Below, piece by piece: positions 39,584-49,142 of a stretch of DNA of 64,000 bases. Source of the stretch: a virus; IMG/VR virus record IMGVR_UViG_3300025122_000008, positions 1-64,000 of that record; one strand, 5' to 3'. The position numbers and the translations under genes are program-made. The notes under the pieces are model-generated. The model worked only from the letters and a program-made list of their open reading frames with translations, ran no database searches and was not told the origin of the DNA. Position 1 is the stretch's first letter; each line of letters opens with the position of its first letter.

Positions 39584-41020
39584 ATGCCATTTTATAAGTT
39601 TGACCCAACAGATAAATTTATAAACACCGTTGTAACCTACCCCTCCGTAGAATTTGTAATATACGATCAGGCGGTACATTATAATAAAGAGATTGCCGTG
39701 TCGGGCGCCCGGGCACCATCTGTACGACATGTACCAGCCGGCAATATAAGTCTTTACGAATACAATATCGATCGAGAGACGGGAAGTTATGGGGAGTTCC
39801 TGGCTTCGAATGGTGTGGTTAATACCGGATTGGTGCAGCCATGGTCAGTAAAAGATGGCACTAGAATTTCTTTTAAAACAGTAAGCATAACGGGATACAA
39901 TGGCCTACAGCCGGGAGACGTTGTAAGCGGCTCTTATCCAATGTCGGCTACGATAAGTAAAGAATATTACCCAACAAGCTTTGCTAGAAAAAATGCGGCT
40001 GTAATTTTTGACGCCCCAACCTGGGGGGCGTCAGTCATAGGCTTTGCCGATTCTGGTTCTCAAAACAATAACCCATCCTCGATAACTGGTGCGTATCATG
40101 TTGATAGTAACGATAATGGCATTAGATCTGTTGCTAACGTATCACATCTTTTTGCTCTTCGCAATACAATGGAAAGATATCGACACGTAAGTCCTCATTA
40201 TACTGTTTCTTCTTCTGTTGTCGGAGGTGGTAGGGACTTGACAGCTTCATCGGGCGATGTCGATCCCGACGGCAACGTCATCGCGCGCCCAAGTCCAGAC
40301 CCAGCGCCCCCCATTAATGTGGGCTTAGTATCTGTTCCTTCCATTTTTTATGGATCAGGCATCAAAAAAGGATCAGTAAAACTACAGTTTTATATTACGG
40401 GCGCACTACATGGCACTCTAGAGGATTCTGATAGAAACGGGGAACTAATACAGACCGGCCCAACTGGAAGCCCATATTCTGGTAGTGTTGCTGGCGTTGT
40501 ACTTTACAACGAGGGCATTATGGTACTAACGGGTGGTTGGGATTTATCTGACGGTGCACATAGTGAGAAGTACTGGACCACGACAGCCGGCGTCGACACC
40601 GCCGCGGCTCCTTCGTGGGCACTCTTCGGTCAATCTCTTTCTGGTACCATTACGGCGCCCTCATCCTCCTTCACCATGTATTTTTCTGGCACAACCAAAA
40701 CCCAGACCTTGACGATGTTTGCAAACGCCAATAAAGGAGAATTAAATCATTCTAACAACCCCACCAATATACGATATGGAAATATGCGATCTGGTTCGGT
40801 GGGATATTTTGGATATACACAATCAGACAAACAAATAATTAAAAATATTGTCAGTTCATCGTATAATGATCCTACTGGAAGTTTTAAAAAGACGACCTAT
40901 ATTTCTAAAATGGGCATATACGATTATAATAAAAATCTTATTGCAATTGCCAAGGTTGCAACTCCGGTTAAAAAAACGGAAGAAAGAGACTTTACTTTTA
41001 AATTAAAGTTAGATATTTAA
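39584..41020 (+). CDS. Baseplate / tail-collar-like structural protein
   Basis: GIKKGSVKL, GVVLYNEGI, ELNHSNNPT...YISKMGIYDYNKNLIAIAKVATPVKK...KLKLDI. Confidence 0.6.
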   Translation: MPFYKFDPTDKFINTVVTYPSVEFVIYDQAVHYNKEIAVSGARAPSVRHVPAGNISLYEYNIDRETGSYGEFLASNGVVNTGLVQPWSVKDGTRISFKTVSITGYNGLQPGDVVSGSYPMSATISKEYYPTSFARKNAAVIFDAPTWGASVIGFADSGSQNNNPSSITGAYHVDSNDNGIRSVANVSHLFALRNTMERYRHVSPHYTVSSSVVGGGRDLTASSGDVDPDGNVIARPSPDPAPPINVGLVSVPSIFYGSGIKKGSVKLQFYITGALHGTLEDSDRNGELIQTGPTGSPYSGSVAGVVLYNEGIMVLTGGWDLSDGAHSEKYWTTTAGVDTAAAPSWALFGQSLSGTITAPSSSFTMYFSGTTKTQTLTMFANANKGELNHSNNPTNIRYGNMRSGSVGYFGYTQSDKQIIKNIVSSSYNDPTGSFKKTTYISKMGIYDYNKNLIAIAKVATPVKKTEERDFTFKLKLDI

Positions 41021-41553
41021 TGATTATTGGTTTTGATATTAGTACTAGTATTATAGGCATATCCTGTATTGACAAAGAGGGGCGAATAGTATTTTGCGAT
41101 CATTGCGATTTGCGAAAACATCAAGGATTGTTTGCGAAAGCAGATGTTTTTAAAAAATTTTTAGACGACCATAGATATTTACAGGCAGTAGTACGAGAGG
41201 CGTGGATAGAACAGCCGTTTACTTTTTTTAGGAGCGGAGGCTCTAGTGCTAAAACAATGGCTATCTTACAAAAGTTTAATGGAATGGCATCTTTGCTTAT
41301 TCGAGATACTTTTGGAATGGAACCACAATACGTGGGTGCCTCTCGCGCAAGAAAATTAAATAATATAAAGATTCCAAGAGGAACAAAAGCAAAAGAAAAA
41401 GTATTAAATTATATCCTTGACACGGTAGATGGTTTTCATGTAGAATATACTAAGCATGGGAATCCGAAACCGGGCTATGGCGATAGAGCCGATAGTTTAG
41501 TGGTGGCCCGTGCTGGATTGAGTTTATGGAATCAGAAAAATTTAGAATCTTAA
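41020..41553 (+). CDS. RuvC-like Holliday junction resolvase / RNase H-fold nuclease
   Basis: IIGFDISTS, WIEQP and DRADSLVVA supply the acidic catalytic residues of the RuvC fold. Confidence 0.8.
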   Translation: MIIGFDISTSIIGISCIDKEGRIVFCDHCDLRKHQGLFAKADVFKKFLDDHRYLQAVVREAWIEQPFTFFRSGGSSAKTMAILQKFNGMASLLIRDTFGMEPQYVGASRARKLNNIKIPRGTKAKEKVLNYILDTVDGFHVEYTKHGNPKPGYGDRADSLVVARAGLSLWNQKNLES

Positions 41554-42452
41554 AGAGTGTTTTAGGTTCAAATCGCAGATCAAATCAAGAATATCTTTTT
41601 TATTGTCCCTATTGTGAACACCACAAGCCTAAATTATCCGTTAATCTAGAAAAGAACGTTTATAAATGCTGGGTTTGTGACACGAAGGGTCGTAATTTAT
41701 ACCACATAATACGTAAATTTGGAGAGTATAAACATAAACAAGAGTGGTTACAGCTTGAATCAGAAATAGATTATGTCGATCTTGAAGATTTTTTTACAAA
41801 GGCCAAAAAGATAGAACAAGTAATTTCTTTACCAAATGAATATATTTCGTTGGCAAATAGTAATCTTGCCGCAACAGGATTTATGGCGAGGAAGTATTTA
41901 AAAGAGAGAGGTATAACAAAACGGGATATTATTTGGTGGAAAATGGGATATTGCCCTTCCGGCGAATATGAAAATAGAATTATCATTCCCTCGTTTAATG
42001 AAAATGGAGAAGTTAATTATTTTGTATCAAGGTCATATGATAACAGTTATCCGAAATATAAAAATCCTCCCGTCAATCGAGATGTTGTCTTTAATGATCT
42101 TTTTATTGACTGGACCACAGATGTAATTTTGGTGGAGGGTATATTTGATGCAATTGTGGCAGGCCGCAATAGTGTTCCTTTGTTGGGTTCTACTCTGCGG
42201 GTGGATTCTAGTCTCTTCCGAAAAATTGTCCAGAAAGACGCCTCCGTCTACATTGCCCTCGACCCAGACGCCGAAAAAAAAGCACTAGAAATTATTAAAA
42301 ACTTCTTGACATATGATGTCGAGTTGTATAAGATAGACTTATATCCCTATAAAGATTTGGGAGAGATGCCAAGAGAAGAGTTTAGGACGCGCAAAGCCTC
42401 CGCAGTAAGAATGAATTTCGATAATCTTCTTCAACAATCTATATTGGCCTAA
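41526..42452 (+). CDS. DNA primase (Zn-binding plus TOPRIM)
   Basis: CPYC...KCWVC zinc domain, YLKERGI, RIIIP, KYKNP, LVEGIFDAI, LLGS, LDPDA. Confidence 0.9.
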   Translation: MESEKFRILKSVLGSNRRSNQEYLFYCPYCEHHKPKLSVNLEKNVYKCWVCDTKGRNLYHIIRKFGEYKHKQEWLQLESEIDYVDLEDFFTKAKKIEQVISLPNEYISLANSNLAATGFMARKYLKERGITKRDIIWWKMGYCPSGEYENRIIIPSFNENGEVNYFVSRSYDNSYPKYKNPPVNRDVVFNDLFIDWTTDVILVEGIFDAIVAGRNSVPLLGSTLRVDSSLFRKIVQKDASVYIALDPDAEKKALEIIKNFLTYDVELYKIDLYPYKDLGEMPREEFRTRKASAVRMNFDNLLQQSILA

Positions 42453-42464
42453 AGGAAAACCTAT

Positions 42465-45400
42465 ATGTATAAAATTGCACACTGTGCAGACGTTCATATT
42501 AAAAATTTAAAATATCATTTCGAATATAGAAAAATATTCGATCAAATGTATGAATCATTAAGAGAAGAAGAAGTAGACTTCATTTATGTTGGAGGCGACA
42601 TTGCACACACAAAGACACAAATATCCCCAGAATTTGTTGAGATGTGTTCAAAATTTTTATCATCTTTGGCGGATATTGCGCCAACCTATGTGATACTGGG
42701 GAATCACGATGGTAATTTACGAAATTCTTCTAGACAGGATGCGATTACTCCAATCGTCGATGCACTACAACATCCGAGACTACACCTTCTGAAAAATTCC
42801 GGTGAGGTTTTGTTGGCACCCGATCTTTCTATGAACGTTCTTTCTGTTTTCGATGAAGAAAATTGGGTAAAGCCATCCGATCCGAATAAAATTAATATAG
42901 CCGTATACCACGGTTCAATTGCCGGCGTACAGACAGACATTGGTTGGATAATGGATCATGGTGATCACGATGTTTCTATTTTTGAAGATCATGATTATGC
43001 CATGCTTGGTGACATACACAAAACAAATCAAATATTAGACACTGAGGGGAAGGTGCGCTATAGCGGTTCTATAGTACAACAGAACCATGGCGAGACTAAT
43101 GATAAAGGTTTCTTGATTTGGGAAATTGTTGATAAAGACGACTTTACTGTGAAGCACATAAAGTTGCTTAATCCAAAGCCCTTTGTTACTATTGAATTAA
43201 CTCCCAAGGGCAGAATGCCGCGCGGATTAACGATTCCCGCGGGGGCACGAATTAGGCTTGTTAGTAACAACAACCTTCCCTTGAATGTTATGAAAAAGGC
43301 GGTTTCGGTTGCAAAACATAGGTTCAATCCAGAAAGCATCACCTTTCTCAATAGGGCGGCCGGCCAACGTGGTAGCATCGATGTCAGTGGAAATGGATTT
43401 TTTAAAGAAAATCTTAGAGACATCTCGGTGCAAGAGAGACTGATGAAAGAATATCTTAGCGATTTCGAAGCCTCTACGGAGATGATGGAACGCGTTAATC
43501 ATTTAAATAAAAAATACAACTCGTTGGTTGAAGCCGAGGAAGATGTTGCAAGAAATATCAACTGGAAACTAAACAGCTTTGAGTGGGATAATTTGTTTAA
43601 CTATGGCGAAGACAATAAAATTAATTTTGAAAAATTGAGCGGCATAGTTGGGATCTTTGGAAAAAATTATTCAGGTAAATCTAGTATTATTGATGGGCTA
43701 CTTTATTCAATATTTAACACTACATCTAAAAACGAAAGAAAAAATTTAAATGTAATAAACCAACATAAGGCCGCATGTAGTACCAAAGTGGAACTTCAAA
43801 TAGGAGACAAAATTTATACTATCAATAGGCGGTCCGAAAAATATGTCAAGAAACTAAAGGGTGAGGTTACTGACGAGGCACGCACTGATTTGGATTTTGA
43901 TTATTATGATCCGGTTCTAGATGAAAGTCATAGTCTTAACGATACCAGCAGAATAAAAACTGATGCCGCTATCCGTAAACATTTTGGTACGATAGAAGAT
44001 TTTCTTTTAACATCGATGGCATCACAATTAGATTCCCTTTCTTTTATTAAGGAGGGCTCCACCCGTCGAAAAGAAATTTTAGCAAAATTTTTGGATTTAG
44101 AGGTTTTTGAAAAGAAATATAAATTTGCTAAAGAAGATAGTGCCGATCTTAAGGGTGTGTTGCGCAGGGTAGGTGACCGGAATTTCGAAGAAGAAATCGC
44201 TGAAGTCGCTAGAGATATAAAAAAGACCAATAGTCAATTATCCGAACAGGAAGATAAGTGCGAAAATATACAAGAAGAAATTAAGGAAAAAGAGAGACAG
44301 CTAGAAGAAATAGAGAAATTATTGGACCTGATTCCCGTGGATGCGGTTAATATTATTGAGGTTGAACAAAAAAGGCTAGATCTTAATTCAAAACTAGGAG
44401 CGCTCACGGAAGAAAATGAACAGCGCACCAAAGAAATACAGGAGCTGAGGACTCTGGTTCGGAATGTGAATGAGTTTATCAATGAATTTGATATTGATGA
44501 GTTGAATAAAAAATATGAGTTAATAGTTTTAAAGCAAGAAAAGTTAGATGCGATTGTCAACGAGGCCAAGTTTTTGCAAAAAGATTTTAATATTAAAAAC
44601 CTTAAGCTTAGGTTATTGGACGAGGTACCATGCGGAGATGAATATTCACAATGTAAGTTTATTCGAGACGCCCACAAGGCAAAAAGAGAAGTGGCTCCCC
44701 TGCAGGCTAAAATAGTAGAAAATATTGAATGTGCCAAAGAATTCAAGATCGATCTTGGCAATCTAAATCCGAAAGAGGTATCACAAAATAGGCTTAAGCA
44801 TGGTACTCTAATTGATCAGCGTTCTGTTGCAGAAAATAAAATTAAGGATTTAGAATTATTGTATGCGCGCACCAAGAATAAAATTATATCTTTTATGAGT
44901 GATATAACATCTCTTCAAAGTAAAATAGAAAAGTATGAAGACTATTCCGAGAGCATCGAAAATTTTGAGTGTCTAACTGCACAACGGCAAGATATTTTGG
45001 AGGCTGTTGGTTCATTGGCCACAGAGAATAAAAACTGTCAAGGCATGGTTTTAGAATATTATAAGCTCAAAGGCTCATATGAACAAAAGGTTAGCAATCT
45101 AATAGAACAACAAAAAGAATTTAAAGATATTCAACAAGAATATGCTGCTTATGATTTATATATGAGATGCATGCATTCAAATGGTATTGCTTATGATATT
45201 ATAAAAAAACAGCTGCCATTTATTAATGAAGAGGTTGCAAAGGTATTAGCAAATATAGTAAATTTTGAGATTTTTTTTGAAGATGATGGCAAGCGCCTCA
45301 ACATATTTATTAAACACCCCAAACACGAACCCCGCCCCCTAGAGATGGGTTCTGGAGCAGAAAAGACCATAGCAGCTATGGCCATTAGACTGGCCTTGTT

Positions 45401-45620
45401 GAGCGTTTCTAATTTGCCAAAGGGGGATATTTTTATCTTAGATGAACCCGGGACTGCCCTGGATGCTGACAATATGGAAGGTTTTGTACGTATACTTGAA
45501 CTGATTAAGTCGTATTTTAAAACTGTTATATTAATTTCGCATCTTGATAGTTTAAAGGACTGTGTTGACACACAAATCATAATAGAGAAAATAGATACAT
45601 ATGCTCATGTAGAAGTATAA
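42465..45620 (+). CDS. Fused Mre11/SbcD nuclease - Rad50/SbcC ATPase (gp47-gp46-like recombination exonuclease)
   Basis: N-terminal phosphoesterase motifs HCADVH, GGDIAH, GNHD, YHG, GDIH. Then Walker A GKNYSGKSS, a long coiled coil, signature GSGAEK, Walker B FILDEP and ISH. Confidence 0.92.
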   Translation: MYKIAHCADVHIKNLKYHFEYRKIFDQMYESLREEEVDFIYVGGDIAHTKTQISPEFVEMCSKFLSSLADIAPTYVILGNHDGNLRNSSRQDAITPIVDALQHPRLHLLKNSGEVLLAPDLSMNVLSVFDEENWVKPSDPNKINIAVYHGSIAGVQTDIGWIMDHGDHDVSIFEDHDYAMLGDIHKTNQILDTEGKVRYSGSIVQQNHGETNDKGFLIWEIVDKDDFTVKHIKLLNPKPFVTIELTPKGRMPRGLTIPAGARIRLVSNNNLPLNVMKKAVSVAKHRFNPESITFLNRAAGQRGSIDVSGNGFFKENLRDISVQERLMKEYLSDFEASTEMMERVNHLNKKYNSLVEAEEDVARNINWKLNSFEWDNLFNYGEDNKINFEKLSGIVGIFGKNYSGKSSIIDGLLYSIFNTTSKNERKNLNVINQHKAACSTKVELQIGDKIYTINRRSEKYVKKLKGEVTDEARTDLDFDYYDPVLDESHSLNDTSRIKTDAAIRKHFGTIEDFLLTSMASQLDSLSFIKEGSTRRKEILAKFLDLEVFEKKYKFAKEDSADLKGVLRRVGDRNFEEEIAEVARDIKKTNSQLSEQEDKCENIQEEIKEKERQLEEIEKLLDLIPVDAVNIIEVEQKRLDLNSKLGALTEENEQRTKEIQELRTLVRNVNEFINEFDIDELNKKYELIVLKQEKLDAIVNEAKFLQKDFNIKNLKLRLLDEVPCGDEYSQCKFIRDAHKAKREVAPLQAKIVENIECAKEFKIDLGNLNPKEVSQNRLKHGTLIDQRSVAENKIKDLELLYARTKNKIISFMSDITSLQSKIEKYEDYSESIENFECLTAQRQDILEAVGSLATENKNCQGMVLEYYKLKGSYEQKVSNLIEQQKEFKDIQQEYAAYDLYMRCMHSNGIAYDIIKKQLPFINEEVAKVLANIVNFEIFFEDDGKRLNIFIKHPKHEPRPLEMGSGAEKTIAAMAIRLALLSVSNLPKGDIFILDEPGTALDADNMEGFVRILELIKSYFKTVILISHLDSLKDCVDTQIIIEKIDTYAHVEV

Positions 45621-45638
45621 TTCGAGATACTTTGTGTT

Positions 45639-45658
45639 TCCGTTCTAATTAGAACGGA
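45639..45658. promoter_or_regulatory. Perfect 20 bp palindrome TCCGTTCTAATTAGAACGGA, centred on a CTAATTA motif and overlapping the RBS of the holin-like gene
   Basis: Sequence is its own reverse complement. Its 3' arm includes the start of GGAGGG, which ends 10 nt before ATG 45672. Confidence 0.65.
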
Positions 45659-45671
45659 GGGTTTATAAACC

Positions 45672-45857
45672 ATGAGACATATAGTCGATAAAGGATTAGA
45701 AAAATTAGTATCGCGCAAGCTTCTAGCCTGGGCCACAGCAACGGGTCTGTTGCTATTCTCGGATCTTACTTCACCAGATTGGGTTATGATTACGTGTGTA
45801 TACATTGGCGGCCAAACGGTTGTTGATACAGTGGCGCGTCTTAAGGGGCTTAAATGA
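45672..45857 (+). CDS. Putative holin (small two-TM protein)
   Basis: 61 aa with SRKLLAW, two hydrophobic helices and a basic C-terminus. Strong GGAGG RBS. Confidence 0.5.
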   Translation: MRHIVDKGLEKLVSRKLLAWATATGLLLFSDLTSPDWVMITCVYIGGQTVVDTVARLKGLK

Positions 45858-46270
45858 GCCTGCTTTTGTTAAAAAATAAAATTAAAAAATGCTGGGTGTG
45901 GCTTAAACACCATTGGTATGTTCCTTTGGTTGTTATGGGGCTTATAATTGCGTTGTTAATCTGGGCTCTTACCAAAAATGGCGCTTTTGTGGCAAGCCTT
46001 ATGGACGTATTGGAAAATTCTCGCAAGTCACATCAAAAAGAAGTAGAAAAATTAAATGAAATTCACAATCGAGAATCAGAAGAGAGAAAACGTATATTAG
46101 AGGAATATAATAAAAATATCGATATTTTAAAAAAAGAGTATGCTGATAAGGATCGAGAACTAGATAGTGAAAAAAAGAAAGAAATTAAAAAACTGGTCGA
46201 AGAGGGCTATAATGACCCTGAAAAATTATCTCGCGAATTGGCTAAGTTATATGGGCTTGAGTATGGTTAG
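45854..46270 (+). CDS. Membrane protein, N-terminal TM plus coiled coil (i-spanin-like topology)
   Basis: WYVPLVVMGLIIALLIWAL followed by a charged coiled coil. ATGA overlap with the holin-like gene. Confidence 0.5.
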   Translation: MSLLLLKNKIKKCWVWLKHHWYVPLVVMGLIIALLIWALTKNGAFVASLMDVLENSRKSHQKEVEKLNEIHNRESEERKRILEEYNKNIDILKKEYADKDRELDSEKKKEIKKLVEEGYNDPEKLSRELAKLYGLEYG

Positions 46271-46724
46271 AAAAATATTATCTTTAATTTTAATTTCTCT
46301 TTTGGCTTTTCCTCCGATAGCAATTGCCGAGGGATCAGAAGAGGCAACATATGAAGTGACGTCATTAAAGGCCGGCGAACCGGCCCCATTTGATGGCGTG
46401 TTGCTATCATCGGCGGCCGCAGCTAAAATAGCAGTGGATAAAAAATTTGAAGACGCAGAGTGTGATCTTCGTATCGACTATGAGCTTCGCATACAAGAGC
46501 AGCGCTATAGCCTACAATTGGACTTTAAAGATGTTGAGATTCATTCGTGGAAAGATAAATATGAGTCTATGATGATTCTTAAGACTGCGGAGAATGATTA
46601 TTTAATGGAGTTGGTTTTAAAGCAGAAGCCTGCCAAAGATCCATTCTTGGTTGCCTTAGGATTTGGAATTGGTACCCTGACTTCTTTGGGGATATTTGCT
46701 TTATCAACCGAAATAGCTAGGTGA
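46263..46724 (+). CDS. Exported protein: signal peptide, coiled coil, C-terminal TM (spanin-partner candidate)
   Basis: Start reassigned to ATG 46263, giving MVRKILSLILISLLAFPPIAIA|E. Contains GEPAPFDGVLL and C-terminal FLVALGFGIGTLTSLGIFAL. Confidence 0.55.
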   Translation: MVRKILSLILISLLAFPPIAIAEGSEEATYEVTSLKAGEPAPFDGVLLSSAAAAKIAVDKKFEDAECDLRIDYELRIQEQRYSLQLDFKDVEIHSWKDKYESMMILKTAENDYLMELVLKQKPAKDPFLVALGFGIGTLTSLGIFALSTEIAR

Positions 46725-46731
46725 CCAACAG

Positions 46732-48303
46732 GTGCCTAAATTAATACCAGAAGCTACTAGTCGAGCGAAGCTCCTTTCTTTTATAAGAAACCACAGGCAC
46801 GCGGCCGGAATCGTATCCGGTGCTGCGGGTTCTGGTGATGAAATTCAATTTAACGAGGGTGGCCAACTCGGAGGCTCCACACAGTTTGTTTTTGACAAAA
46901 CCACTGGTAAGGTTGGTATAGGTCTAACAGATCCTGATTGCTTCCTAGAGATTATGGCTGAGACCGGAAATCAGTTAAAACTATCTGAGAATGGCACCGA
47001 CAATGTTACTTTTGATCATAGGCTCGGTAAATTTACGATATCGGTTGACGGCGGCGGGGGCGACCCCATGGTGGTTCAAGCAGGACAAGTGGGCGTTGTA
47101 GACGGGGGCAACCAACTTACACCTACGGCAATGTTTCATGCTTCGTCTTCTACTGATAGCGCTCTCTTGCGTCTAGAAGCTGCGGACTGTAGTAAGCCCA
47201 TATTGTTTGCCACCGGTTCTATACGTGGTGTTGGCATTAACACAGCCTCTCCCAATCACGCCCTAACGGTGAGTGGTGCAATATCTGCTTCTATTGATAT
47301 TTCGGCTTCCTCTTTCTATGGTGACGGGTCCGGTATTACGGGCCTTACAGTTACATCAGTTTCGGGCACCACTGCACAATTAACAACGGGCATAATCAAT
47401 TCCGGATACTTAAATGTTTCTGGAGTGGTTACTCTTGAAAACGATATCACCGGTGCCAAAGGCTATGTTAATTTTAAGAATGGCCATTTTTCTATTACAG
47501 GATCCCCCGAGATTGCAGGCGCCGTTTATATAAAGACAGGCAACTCACTATCATTTAACGGCTTAACGAATACTGCCAAAATTACTAACAATGGTACAAA
47601 CCTTGATATTAATTCGCCGGGCCTTATTAATCTCAATGCCGGTAGCCCGGCAGTTGTTTCAAGTTCCGATTCACTACAAATAGTTGGTAACTCTATCTTC
47701 GGGGGCGCCCTAGACGTAAGCGGCGTTGTGAAGGCGGCGTCTGGTGTCCGGTCCGCTGGACTGCTTTCCGGATCGAATTCGCTGCAAATAGTTGGCGATT
47801 CCATCTTCGGTGGGAAGCTTAACATCTCGGGAGGCCTCGGTTTAGGAAAGGTCCCTAAGATTACATTAGATACTCATTTCACAGGGGCCCTGAACCCAAT
47901 TAATCTTGAAAACGATACCGGTGGTGGCGACGTGATATATTTTGGTACCTCCTCCGCAGGCTTAACAGCGGGCGCCCTCTATTATCTTAATAGTGATGGC
48001 GGGTGGTCGTCTGCATCGGCCGGAGCGACGGGGAGCGGCCATAATCAACTTCTTGGGATTTCAATAGGCGCCAAGGCAATTGCCAATGGAATGCTGCTTC
48101 GTGGATTTTTTGATATGAGTACCTATTATTCAGGGACCTTTGTAAAAGGGGGTCCGGTTTATATACTTTCCGGAAGCAAGGGGTACGTGAGTGACCAAGC
48201 CCCGTCAGCTAGCGATGCTTTTGTGAGGGCCGTGGGCTTTAGCACCGATACGGCGAATGTAATTTATTTTAATCCGGACCCTACATATGTTGAGATCGCA
48301 TAA
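46732..48303 (+). CDS. Fibre-like virion protein
   Basis: IQFNEGG..GGS, GKVGIG..P and VGINTASP fibre repeats, Gly/Ser-rich beta repeats, and a C-terminal LLRG...PVY...AP....VRAVG...IYFNPD module. Shares a repeat unit with 60575..63370. Confidence 0.7.
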   Translation: MPKLIPEATSRAKLLSFIRNHRHAAGIVSGAAGSGDEIQFNEGGQLGGSTQFVFDKTTGKVGIGLTDPDCFLEIMAETGNQLKLSENGTDNVTFDHRLGKFTISVDGGGGDPMVVQAGQVGVVDGGNQLTPTAMFHASSSTDSALLRLEAADCSKPILFATGSIRGVGINTASPNHALTVSGAISASIDISASSFYGDGSGITGLTVTSVSGTTAQLTTGIINSGYLNVSGVVTLENDITGAKGYVNFKNGHFSITGSPEIAGAVYIKTGNSLSFNGLTNTAKITNNGTNLDINSPGLINLNAGSPAVVSSSDSLQIVGNSIFGGALDVSGVVKAASGVRSAGLLSGSNSLQIVGDSIFGGKLNISGGLGLGKVPKITLDTHFTGALNPINLENDTGGGDVIYFGTSSAGLTAGALYYLNSDGGWSSASAGATGSGHNQLLGISIGAKAIANGMLLRGFFDMSTYYSGTFVKGGPVYILSGSKGYVSDQAPSASDAFVRAVGFSTDTANVIYFNPDPTYVEIA

Positions 48304-49124
48304 TGGCCCAGGCCATCGCAAGTATATCAGGAGTAAGTATGGCGAATATTAAAAGTATTGCTGGCGTTGACTATAGCGGCTGGGAAGAAACATATTCGAT
48401 CGACTTTGCTGACTATGATAGTGATGGAAATATGAGTGATGATGACACTATCAGTATTAATGGTGTTACGTGGACTGCCGACGTCGTCAACGGCACAATT
48501 GAGGTTAAACCGGATCACGGCCTTCTTATAGTTGCGGGCTCTAGTAGCGATATGTTCGGCGGCACCTTTGCTGTTCCTCGCTTCTCGGCCGATGTGAGTG
48601 ATCTGGTGCCCAACTTAAGTGCACGTGATGTTGTGTGCATGCAATGGGTTCAGAGTTACCCCGAAGCCCTCCCCGCGGCTAATTATGAAGCAGCCGGCTC
48701 GCAATTTTGGAACGGTTCCACGGGGGGAGGCTGGAGAGGGATGGGCTTACGAATGCTGTACAACGGTGGTCAAAAATGGTGCCCGATGCGGGGAACCACC
48801 AATGAATTGAAAACTAGTGTAGCAGCTGACGATGAATATAATGCATTTGAGGTGGTATGGTATTTTACTGGCCAGGCTAGCGTAATGTCTTCTCCGGCTG
48901 TTGATGTAACGACACTATCGGATCCCTTGGTTATGAACTCACAACGCGCTTATTCCAACTATATGGGCTCGGTCACCCCCACGGCGACCGAGGCAAGTGT
49001 TGCGGGCGCAGAGATTACAATTGCTAATGCGAAAGTGATGTTCTATGCCATGAAGGTTAGCTCGGGGAATGATTTTTCAGGCCTTACTACAAAATTTAGA
49101 ATGTTTAGGGCCCGCGTAGGGTAG
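48303..49124 (+). CDS. Fibre-associated hypothetical protein
   Basis: N-terminal IASISGV..ANIKSIAGV repeat, beta-rich body, TAATG coupling to the fibre gene. Confidence 0.55.
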   Translation: MAQAIASISGVSMANIKSIAGVDYSGWEETYSIDFADYDSDGNMSDDDTISINGVTWTADVVNGTIEVKPDHGLLIVAGSSSDMFGGTFAVPRFSADVSDLVPNLSARDVVCMQWVQSYPEALPAANYEAAGSQFWNGSTGGGWRGMGLRMLYNGGQKWCPMRGTTNELKTSVAADDEYNAFEVVWYFTGQASVMSSPAVDVTTLSDPLVMNSQRAYSNYMGSVTPTATEASVAGAEITIANAKVMFYAMKVSSGNDFSGLTTKFRMFRARVG

Positions 49125-49142
49125 TTAAATCTTGGAAATATA

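Noticed and set aside
7621-41020. Bacterial contractile injection system or tailocin, or a eukaryotic giant virus
   Set aside because: T4-like terminase, portal, prohead protease and scaffold, plus Shine-Dalgarno motifs, indicate a tailed bacteriophage.
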